Source of the DNA: Vermamoeba vermiformis
Lineage: Eukaryota
DNA length: 64,000 nt
Reading direction: 5' to 3'
Assembly: GCA_045837725.1 (NCBI GenBank)
Contig: JBEWZL010000064.1
Coordinates: forward strand, 62,001-126,000
Shown: positions 23,336-34,482 of the stretch, one piece after another
Position numbering within the stretch: the first letter of the stretch is position 1
Layout: the number at the start of each line of letters is the position of its first letter
Position numbers and translations under genes: made by a program
The notes under the pieces: generated by a model
The model's database searches: none
Told to the model about the DNA's origin: nothing
What the model saw: only the letters and a program-made list of their open reading frames with translations

Positions 23336-26300
23336 ATGCAGAATAGCCCCGCAACGCGAAGATTCGCAATACTATTATTTATAATAGCTGTTTCCGAAAC
23401 AACGGTGGCAAATGTCCAGATCGAGAAGACGTTTCAACTGACATCCGATCGTGCATATTTCTCAACTGTGCAAGCTGGCAACAAGCTCTATTTTATTGGA
23501 GGATACGAGCACAGCGATTATGTCGCTTCCAATGTCATTGACGTATTTAATTTGCAAGATGGAACGCTAGAAAAGCCGCTAAATTTGTCAACACCTCGAG
23601 GCCACGTTTCGTCAATAGTTATCGGTCCGAGGATATACATGGTTGGTGGTATTTCTTACTCTTGCCTTCCTTTTGAGTATTCAAGCGAGAACAACAACTT
23701 CACGACAAACGGAATGACATCCGGACCAACAGTCCGACGACCCATTCGCATGGCTCTCCACGACTCCACACTCACTGTCATTGGAGCCTATTCTGTTGAT
23801 TTCATGAACACAACAACAAAACAATGGACTCACAACGAACAACTCACACGTGTCATGTCACAAGTGTTTGACACGACAACTATTTCACACCACAACTTTG
23901 TATTCGTCGTTGGCGGCAAGAATGCGACATCTCAACAAGAACTGACGAGTGTGTGGGTGCTTGACTCGCCATCAAGTGCGCCAGAAGAATCTCGCGACAA
24001 AGTTGCACCAGTCTCTTCTTCGATGTTCGTTGGGTCTTGGTTCGACGAAGACAACTCAGCAGCGGTGATTCAGTTCTCGAATCAATGCTTGGTGTATCAC
24101 ACCTCAACGCGAGCATGGCTGCAAAGAGACACGAACAACAACTCGATCTCATCAGTGTCGTTCCAAAACAGCACGATGGTGTTCTTCACAGATGGCTATT
24201 GGACAATCGATTGGCATCACATGAACGACGCGTGGACATCACTCGATCAAATCAATTTTGCATTCACAGTTGGTGATCAACTCGTGTTCTCGTCAGGCCA
24301 ACAAATGACCATCGTGACAAGCAATACCTCCGTGACTCAATCAGTCGATATTGGACCGATTGCACTGTCAATGTCAATGTCGTCATCAATATATGTGCTA
24401 GTGGACTCGAGTAGTGCGATCTTCATGTACCACGCCGACACCAAGGAGTTGATTCAAGTTGCTCCAAGTGTCGAAAACTTACAGCCTGTGAGCATATTTA
24501 GAGGCACCGCTTTCATTCACGTTATTCAGAGCCGGGTCACAAGTAGTCAAGAGCTACCACTGCTAATCACCCTCGATGCAAATGGAATAGTTCAATCTTG
24601 GAATATCACGCATACTCCGCTAGTACTGATCGACGACAACTTCTTCACGCTTGACCTCGGTGGATGGTTCTCGTCCACGGCACCAACTGATGTGCATCCA
24701 ATGGGCAGTGCCTTTTCTTCGCCATTCACTTGGACCCAACGAGGCAACCAGCTCTACGTCATGCAAATGCCCTTTTCCCTCAATATTCCTCCTCCTGCTG
24801 CCACTGGGTATACTGCTGTAGACGTGTTCAACTACGGGGAAGGTATCTGGGAGGACTCTATCCCTGGCGTACCGTCACCTGCAAACACTTTTTTACAAGT
24901 AGCTGCACTCGATGAAAGGCTTTGTGTCATTTCAAGAAATACTTTACTACAGTTGAATACCACCGGCGGATGGAACGTTGGGTCATTTGGAGACACAAGT
25001 GTAACGCAACCGCTGGTACATCCAACTTACGTGCCAATTCCTGTGATCAACAACACGGGATATTTCAGAGATACAGCAGATGGGTTTTATATCACCACAA
25101 CAGCTATGAACGTGCAGCACATTTCATCTTCTTCAAGATTGAACTCGCGACAAATTGTTAGCACCAACACTCAGGTTATCCTCTCGCTCACATTAAATGG
25201 GTACTACACGAACCTTGCAGCCTATAACATCACAAGCAACACCTGGATAGGCACACTTTTCGATACCCGACAAGCAATGCTGTCCATAGCGATGTACGAT
25301 GACGTGGTGCTCGCTCTTGGTGATGACGTGGGGTCCCTCAATTATTGGAACATCTATTTCGAACAATGGACGCGCGTGCCCTTCGACAACGCACACGTGC
25401 CTGCTTCAATGTTCACCCTTCAGTTGTCGAACTACAACAGAACAGTGTTGGCGATTGCAGGTGGATATCACAGAACAAGTGGACACTACACTGATGAAGT
25501 CAAGTTCATCACCATCGATATTGAATCATCACCACTTGAAGCCTCTCCATCGACAACTGTCACCACTCCTCTGTCACCACAACAAACAGATTCAAGCCCT
25601 ACTTCCACCGTTGTTATTGCAGTCGTTGTGCCAATCGTGATCGTTGCCGTTGCAGCAGTGGTTCTTGCAATACTGTTGGTGAGAAGAAAACGACAACGAA
25701 GAAGAATACAGTCAGCAGCAACAACGATTGGATTGGAACAACAGTTCGGTGAGTGGTTCGTTCCATTCAGTGACATTCACTTTGGCACTCAGCTCGGTCA
25801 AGGAGCGAACGGTCAAGTGTTCAAAGGCAAGTGGAAGAACACTGATGTTGCGTTGAAAGTGAGCATGACACAAGCGAATCAAAGTGTCATCTCCGAACTG
25901 TCGGTGATGATCAACATGCGACCTCATCCAAATGTCGTGCAACTCTTTGGCTTCAGTGTGCATCCTGAAACGAACAGTGTGATATTGATCATTGAGTACT
26001 GCAACGGCGGATCGTTAGACAAGCAATTGATGGACGAGAATGCACCAGAAATGCCCATCAATCAAAAGCTTCAGTTGTTGCAAGGCATCGCTCGCGGTGT
26101 CGTTCACTTGCACTCGAACAACATTGTGCATCGAGACTTGGCAGCACGCAACGTGTTGTTGCATCAAGGAGAACCAAAACTGACAGACTTTGGCATGTCA
26201 CGCATTGTGGACGATCAACAACAACGAGGCACAACCAAATCCGAACTTGGACCCATTCGATGGATGTCACCTGAGTCACTTGGCAGCAAACAGTACTCGA

Positions 26301-26603
26301 CCAAGTCAGGTTAGTTGTTACCTATAACCCTGTCAATATTGACTAACCAGTGCCTGTTCAGATGTGTGGTCGTTTGGTATTCTCATGTTCGAAGTGCTTG
26401 CACAACAAGAACCTCACCTTGATGAAGATCCAATCGAAGTTGGACGCAAGGTCAGAGACGAAGGACTCACACCTCAACTTCCATCATCGTTGGAGTGCTT
26501 GAGTGACTTCACATCGATCATGAATCAGTGTTGTGCATTTGAGCCGAACTATCGTCCGAGTATCGAACAAGTCCTTCAAAAACTCGAGCAGATTCCTCTG
26601 TAG
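23336..26603 (+). CDS. Single-pass receptor tyrosine-kinase-like protein with kelch-like ectodomain, copy 2
   Basis: Signal peptide, kelch-like motifs (KLYFIGG, LSTPRG, IYMVGG), S/T/P stalk, TM then RRKRQRRR, GQGANG, VALK, HRDLAARN, DFG, GPIRWMSPES; intron 26310-26361. Confidence 0.9.
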
Positions 26604-26685
26604 GGACAACAATCGTCTTCATTCATTCGCACAGCGAATCGCAATTTATTTATAAAGAAGAAAACTAACAACGTAGTGAACGAAA

Positions 26686-27602
26686 TTATTGTGGCGGTGG
26701 TACTGGGATATTTGTGGGAAGAGAAGTAGCTCCGGCACTCGCAGCACTGTTAGCAATGAGTGCATCCACATCGCAAGGGCACTGAGAGTAATAGTTTGTA
26801 GTCGGGTAGTAGTAGACGGTGACTTGAATGTTGGCAGGGAAGATGAATTCTAATTGCGGACCCGAGTTCCACGCCAGTACGCTGCGGAATGGTTGTGAAT
26901 TCAAATAGTTGCCCGCACTGTCAGCACGACTCCTCACAGTGCAGCTATTGTTCTTGAAAGTGCGGAATTCATCACGTTGCCCTTTGTAAAAAGGCTTTCT
27001 GTTCGAATAAAAGTCCGCTCTTTCGGTAGTAAAAGTGAAATCGCTCTCGTAAGTGCCATTGGTGTAGGTGCCTGATACAAAGATTAAGATGAGTATTGCT
27101 CAATATAAGACACATTATTATCCTTCCTTACCTAGAATAAATAGGGGTACCAAAGTAGCGTGTTGGACGGCAACCGACTCAACAAAGATCAAAGGATAGT
27201 CTACGTGTTGTCGGCCGTAAACACTGTACGACGCTCCTCCATTGCAATGATCGGTCAACGTGCCAGAAAGAATTGCCCATGCGTCGTTGAAAGCAGCAAT
27301 GGCTGTTTGCTTGTCAAACAACGATTTGAGGAAGCCAACAACTTACCATTAATACCTTGGTATGAGAAGAGATACAACTGAAAGGTGACGCACCCCGAGG
27401 TATCAGTGAGAACTAAAGATTGATTGTACGGGATGTACAGATTAGCCCCGTTTTCGAGGGCTATTCTCCAAGGAATAGTTTGGTTGAACAGCGTATTCGA
27501 TGGGCTTGAGCACTGCTCGTTATTAACCTCTTGGTTCGCAAAGCACTGTTGACACGCAACAATAACGAGGAACAAAAATGCTAGCATTTGAAAGGGCGTC
27601 AT
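26686..27602 (-). CDS. Secreted protein of unknown function (3 exons)
   Basis: Signal peptide MLAFLFLVIVACQQCFA; two GT-AG introns join the three ORF pieces in frame; several N-x-S/T sites. Confidence 0.7.
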
Positions 27603-27980
27603 GGTTGTGGATTAGGACGTCCTGCAATAATAATTGAATTTGCTTGGAGCAGTATCCTTTAAAGGATGCTAAAAATTCATTAAATATCAATGTACTATTT
27701 GTTGAACAAAAAGATATTGAAAGCAAGGATTAACAAGAGCAGATTTCTTGGATATGTTGCATTGTTATTACAACCACTTGCGTAATATGGTAACAAATAT
27801 CAGAACAACTCTTAAGCATACCATTTCGGACAAACAAAATTACCTCGAGAAATATTGGTACTACTAGAATGAATTTCCAAGTCAATCTGCCTCGCTTATT
27901 AAACGGTGCACTAAATAAAAGCTGCTCATTTTCTCGTATTTTTTTAATAGCGACTATTGTACAACAATTGTTTTGGCATT

Positions 27981-28760
27981 ATGAAGCTCGGTATTGTTCA
28001 ACTAGCAACGCTCGCCACATTATTTGTTCTCGGCCAATCTCGGCTGTGTCCCTCGCAACACTCGACCGACACAGTGAGCACGGTTGAGGTCGGCGAGTTG
28101 CTGGAATTTCCTAATACAGGGTACTTTTTCGTTGTTGACAATCGGCAACAAGATTGGTTATTGCTCATGGTCGAACAGAGTTTGTGGGTTTCAAGAGACG
28201 GCAAGTACTGCCCTGACTTACAACTCACACTAATTAGAATGGTAGATCCAATTCGTTCATATGCATTCTTGAGAGGATACCTTTATACACCGGAGCCAAA
28301 CCGCTTGATCTACTACTTCTACGCAGAAGGTCCAATCTCGGACTTCAGTATTCGTGGCAGTCCTGATTTCAAGTGGGCCACTCTCAAAAACATTCAGATT
28401 AACGGTACGACGATAAAATTGTTAGATTTGAAGTAATTTGACCACCTCTCAACAGGCACTAGCACCACGTACTCTCCGCCATTAGTCTTCACTGTCACTA
28501 TTCCTTACGCGGACTTCTGGAGTGATGAGCCGGCAGACGACATCTCCACGTCCAGATGGATCAACGAAGATCCCGATAGTGGATGCGTAACTGAAGCTCT
28601 CGATTCTGGCGGAAGAAATCGTCTGATCTCCAAGAGTTTCCCGATTTACTTCGACTTCAGCGACGGATTGCGTTTAGAATTCATCATACCACAAGGTGAA
28701 CCGAATGCATTCTACGTAGCATCCATTTCCGAGCGCTTGTACAAGAACTGCGGTTGTTAA
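27981..28760 (+). CDS. Secreted protein of unknown function, paralog of 26686-27602
   Basis: Signal peptide MKLGIVQLATLATLFVLG; GTACG intron ~28404-28456 joins an open final exon ending LYKNCGC*. Confidence 0.7.
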
Positions 28761-28846
28761 CAGCAGATTTGTGAGGTTTGAGAGCAATAAATAATTACCT
28801 TGACAAATAAGAGTGAAGTGCAATAGCAAGCTATTTAGTAGCGACT

Positions 28847-30137
28847 CTATACAACAATGTCTTCATAATCCTCATTGCTCGCATTCGGAGCGGGTCTGTT
28901 GTTGGACGGAGAACCAGCAGGTTGAGTCGGAGAGCCAGTGTAGAATTGTGGCACGTTACTACTGGGCATAGGATCGTGATCGAGATTGCCGCTGTCAGCA
29001 CTAGCGATGGGCACTGACTGCGAGTGCGAGCCAGAACCCCAGTGAACGGGCTTGAATCGACCTTCAGTGGTCTTCCATCGCTTGTAGAGCCAATAGATAA
29101 CGCCTCCAGATACAGCTAATGGGAAAATGAACCACGGGAATGCGACAGCCGTAAACTCCCACGTCAAGAAGAGCATAATATTAACGATCACTAGGACCAT
29201 GCCGAGCACCGACCACAAGCGACGGTCTCCTTGCACAAAAATCATGTGATAAATGATCACGGGAATGGCCAAAGTGAAACATGGGTAGACCCTGTGTTAC
29301 GAACTTAGCCGGTTTATCCATTGCAAATCACTTATTCTGACGTACCACCACGGGAATCCACGACCGTAGAATAGCCAGCTCAAGAAGAATGTCAAACAAA
29401 CGAGCCAGTACTCGTGCAACATGGCTGAGGCCCAGTCTTTCTTCTGCACGAAATGGTACGCTACACAGCCCATAGCAGATATCAACGCGGGATAGATGAA
29501 CCATGGAGGCTCGAGTTTCCTAATTTGGAAAGCGATTAGCGACTCGAATAATGCGTCCTTAGCGTACATTTCACCGACGGGTTGTGTCAATCCCCAAGTC
29601 AAAAATAATATGACATTGAAGATGATAATGAGTGCCAGTACTCCCTTCCAATAGAGAGAATTGCTGAAGTAATAATGCGCCGTCAAAGACATGGCGAAAA
29701 AGCCGAAGGGGTAGATCCACCACCAAAAGGCTACCAAGGCATTAGTGCAATCAAAAATAATAGCAATGGCGCTCAAAACTTACTTTCCGACGGAGAGTCA
29801 GCTGCCCAATGGAATACTGACGAAAATAGTGTTAGAACTCCTTCAATAATACAACATTTTATTTGAAAATTAAAGACAATCGTGATTGTAAATATTAAAC
29901 GTGTATCTTTCGCATGAAAATGGTCTATTATTATTTTACGAAATTTTGATTAATTACGAAAAATTTTGCGATCCACGTACCAAAGAGAAATAAAATAGAT
30001 ACGCTTAGGGCAACCAATAAGTGAATTAGGAATTTTGAGTCTAATTTTCTGATTCTTTGATAATGCGCCACTAAATAGTCCTCATCCTCGGGCGGCGATG
30101 TTGCCGCCGAGCCGGCATAAGGCTGAGTCGTGCTCAT
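28847..30137 (-). CDS. Multi-pass membrane protein with repeated helix-pair units
   Basis: Repeated WWIYP / PWFIYP / PWWVYP / PWFIFP motifs between hydrophobic helices; P/S-rich tail; about 4 exons. Confidence 0.7.
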
Positions 30138-30248
30138 TGTGGTATTTAATATTTAAACAAAGTTACAATGGTAAACATGATTTGTCAAAAAAAAAAAGAT
30201 CCGAAATTCGCGCGGAAATTAATTGGGTGGATGGTTGACTTTATTGAC

Positions 30249-32243
30249 TTAGAATCCGTACATTGGACTAGCATAAGCCATAGGAGGTACATTAGGGTGA
30301 GGCACAGCATCAAAACTTGTAATCTTAGGCTTCATGTCCGCTTTGGTGAATTGAATGAATGCGCCCTTGTTGCCGACTTGATCGCAGTAGTTGGGCGCAG
30401 AGAAGACTGTAATCAACTTGCCATCAGCTTCAATCTCGTAGCCTTGGTCCTTAACCTCGTGAGAGCGAATGACAAGGTCTAAGTGTGCTTGTTAATAATA
30501 GACTTCAAATCACTGGCCAATACGCGCTACATACCCAACTTGTTCGTCTCCAAAAACTTCTTTGTGACATCAGGGCCAAAAGCCAAGCCAACGCCACGCT
30601 ATGCCATAAGTTAATTACATATAAGATGTGAGAACGGTGAGTGCTTACCTTGCTAGGACCACGACCAGGCAAGGGTTGAGGATCGCTCCACAATAGCTCG
30701 CTCATCAAGCCGTCCTCTGGAGGTTCACGGTTACGGTCAATCTTCTTAATATCTTCTAGTGTCACTCCGTCCTTGCTGAACAGACCTCCGTGCACGACAA
30801 TAACTTTGTTCTCGATCACGTGCGCTAATGGCAACACGCAGAATACTTCTGAGTATAAATCATAGGCCATATCGCTGTATTTTTTCTTCATTTCTCCTTC
30901 AAAGCCGTACATTTTGTTCATCATCTTGCTCTCGTGGTTACCGCGAGCCAAGAAGAAGTGATTAGGATAACACAACTTCCACGCCAAGAGTGTCAACAAT
31001 ACTTCCACGGAGAAGCTTCCTGTGCACAGAGAGGGTTAATGAAGTCTAAACTTAAGAGCCACTAGGTAGCTGTGGAAAACAATACCTCTGTCGACAAAAT
31101 CACCGTTGAACAGGTACATGTTCTTCTCGCTGGGCAGACCATTGAGCTTGAAAATGTTCAGCAGATCATAGAATTGACCGTGCACGTCACCACAGACGGT
31201 CATCTTGGCATCTTCAGGGATAGTAATTTCGACAAGAGTCGGCTGCTGTTGCAAAAGTTTCTTGGCTTCGATGCCAATTTGATAAACAAATCTAAACAGC
31301 GTCAGTGACTCAACCCCTCTCTTATGTATGTTAATGATACGTACTTTTTGTGAATTTTACGTTGCTCTTTGAACTCCTCCATCATCTTTTCAACAAACTC
31401 AGAAGTGACTGGAACGGTCATTTTGGGGCCTTTGTAGTCATCACCAATTTCTAAACCGATTACATTAGGGCTGCATAGTGAAATACCCTCGTAACATACC
31501 CATAACTTCCAATTGGTGCATCAGCCTTTCGACAACGGTCTTCTTGTCGTGATCCATTGAGATGGCTTCGGCAAACCTAGCACACATAAATTAGCGACAC
31601 GTAACACGAGCCATTGACCTTACAATTTCTGCTGCTTAGCTTTTTTGCATTGCTCAAACTTGTCACGAGCCTCCTTGTCTGCCGGCGCGTGTTGAATTGT
31701 GGATTTGAAGTCGCTGATAGCCAAATCGAGCTTGCCGAGGAAATAGTGCGCGCAACCACGTCTAACATATTTGTTAGTTTCTCCGCGGATACATTTGCCG
31801 TTAAACTACCTGTAGTAAGCCTTGGCCATTTTGGGATCCAACTCGATTGCCTTCGTTGCATCAGCGATAGCAAAGCCGTAGTTCTCAATTTTTAAATTGG
31901 CAATTGCTCTATTAGAATACAGAACCTAGTAAAATAAGCGTTGCTCAGTGTCAGATCGGAATATTTGCAAATAAACGACAAAAAATAAATTGTAAATATT
32001 AAAAACACAAATACTTCAAAGCGTTATAGACATTTAAATACCGCGCACATCCTTCGTAATTTAATTAATTATTTAACGCGTCAAACTTACGGCGTTGGTT
32101 GGATCAAGCTCGATCGCTTTTGTGTAGTGCTGAATGGCAGGGCCGTATTTAAGATTCTTAAAATAATCATTTCCAAGGTTCTTCTCTTTCTCGGCCTCTT
32201 TTTTTGCTTGTTCGAGCTCCATTTGTGCTATCCTCTTGTTCAT
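30249..32243 (-). CDS. PPP5C: Serine/threonine protein phosphatase 5 (TPR + PPP domain)
   Basis: TPRs (GNDYFK...[14 protein letters not shown]), [44 protein letters not shown]. Confidence 0.95.
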
Positions 32244-32479
32244 TCAGTTGCACTAACGAAGTCAGCGATCCACAGGCCGTATGAATGTTCCAACCGACAA
32301 AGAACGATGAGAATTATATTCAAATTTGCTAAAGGTGCTCCTGTGGTACTAACGGCGATAAGCTAACGAAACGCCGGATAAGGCGCGAGATCTGACCGGG
32401 TGTCGTTGTTCAAATCAATTGCTAACTTTACTACAAACATATAACACATTGGAAATAATAATACTCCTACAGTACTTAT

Positions 32480-33254
32480 TTAAGTCCATTTCTTTCTCAA
32501 TTCAATCGTCATTTTGGATTCGATGCCTTCTTTGACCATCATCTAGATAGGAAATTAGCAATCATGCTTAAAAATGAATTAACATAATAATAACGTACTT
32601 CATCAAATTCCTTTGGGCTTATCTTTCCATCTTTGTCCAAATCGTAAGTTTCGAGTGTTTGGGCTGCGATCGACGAAATTTGTTCCTCCGTGAAGTTATC
32701 GCCAACCATTAGCTTTAAATTTTCTACCAAATCATCGTGTGTAATAAATCCATCGTTATTTATATCATACACTTTGAAAGCAGCTAAATAATGATGAAGA
32801 TTGTCAATAATTATTGTTTTTGTAACACAATATCAGCACTACGTAGGATTATAACGAGCCAAAAATCAATAAATATTACCTTTTAATTTATCTTCTAATT
32901 TTCCACCAGGAGTGAAGGTTGCTAGTGTTTTAGCAAATTGAGTGAAGTTGATGTGCTCGTCAGAACTAGTCAATTGAAAAAGAGCAGCGACTCGCGACAC
33001 CATTGGGTTCATAGCCAATTCTGGTAAGGCTAATATTTCTTCCATTGTAATAGTGCCTGAATTGTCCTTGTCTAAATTTTTGAAACGATTGTATAACTTG
33101 CGGATGTCTTTGGGCGGCACTACAATAATATTTAAATTAAATAATTTAGAAGGGATATTTTATGATAAGCAATAGCTTTTGGATTCTTACATCCAGTTTC
33201 TTTCTGAATCTCTTGCACATCCTCTCCACGCAAATTTGATGTATACGCACCCAT
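32480..33254 (-). CDS. Calcineurin B / CHP-like EF-hand protein
   Basis: MG start (myristoylation-type), LYNRFKNLDKDNSG, PELAMNP, AFKVYDINNDGFIT, LKLMVG, DLDKDGKIS. Confidence 0.9.
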
Positions 33255-33663
33255 TGTTGTGTTTATACGAATATTGTTAAATACAAAAATAGCGTCTGGC
33301 ATGGATTACACTTTTTTGGCTTTTACCAAAATAGGACATTTGCATGGAGTTAGGTGACCGTTTTTTCGGTCGGATCATTTTGAATTATTTCAAAATCAAC
33401 AACACAAGTCATTCATTTGACTTATAATAGAGGTAAGAAAATAATTTTGAACCTTTACAGTTCGAATTTACAAAACTTGTGCAGTACAACCGCAAAAAAG
33501 CACCTAAATGACATACACGTAGTAGCTTATGCTTTAATAAATCCAACGTACAACGCCAATTAACGCTTTTTTACCTACAGAATCGTCGAGTAGAGAAGTT
33601 TACTCTAGTTTCGGAGAGGCATCCGTGTTGTTTCGCTAATAATACCAAAACAACTCCGGAGGA

Positions 33664-34374
33664 ATGGCAGAGGGATTTTTGGCTTTTGTAGACAAGGAAT
33701 ATTTGGAAATTGAGGCAAAACCTCAAGTCGAAATTATTAGGTACAGATTTAAGAACCGGGTTAATTAATCGCAATTATTAACCAAATCCTGTCGAAAGCA
33801 AACGAAGTTCTACCAGGATTGTGGTCGTTGATACTGAAGCCGATAGTAAAAAAAAGGAAAAGAGCAAGGAAAAAGAGAAAGCGAAGGAAAAGACGGATCT
33901 TCCGGGCAGTACGTAACAATTCAATCTACAGACGTGTCACATTAATTAACATAATATGTGGTAGTTCCAAAAGAAGAAAAGGTTAAAGGCTTTTTGGACT
34001 TCATCGAGGAAGAAGATCCCAGCGAAAAAATTGAGATAGTTTCGATTCGTAGAGGGCCTTCAACGTTGAGTAAGATTTATAATTAACTCATTAATATTCA
34101 CTAAAACTTATTGTTTGACCAAATAGATGGGTCCTCGGCGGTAGGTTTTCTAGACTTTGTCGAGCAAGGCAAAAATGAAAGACCACCAGAGATCCAGAAG
34201 ATCACTTCAAAAAATTCTTCAAGGAATGTATCTCGAAAGACGAGCAGACAATCAGTTGATCCCACAAATTCCATGCGCGAGGAAGAATTTTCAATCGAGT
34301 CTCAGCGCAGTACATCGTCTATGAAATCAGACAAATTAAAGAAGAAAAAGAGCAAGAAGGACAAGCTGAAATGA
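33664..34374 (+). CDS. Small charged protein with three GFL(A/D)F repeats
   Basis: Four exons spliced at GT-AG give MAEGFLAFVD...KGFLDFIE...VGFLDFVE...KKKKSKKDKLK*; likely 5' UTR intron ~33432-33580. Confidence 0.6.
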
Positions 34375-34482
34375 GCTCACCAATCTGATGGCTAACTTGT
34401 TACCACTTTGTTTATATCGCCTATACACTTGTAAATTGATTTTTAAATAATACTTTTCCGTTTTGTTTCAATTATTCTAGTA

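Noticed and set aside
27255-27350. Apparent frameshift in the secreted protein
   Set aside because: Explained by a 43-nt GTAAGT...ACAG intron
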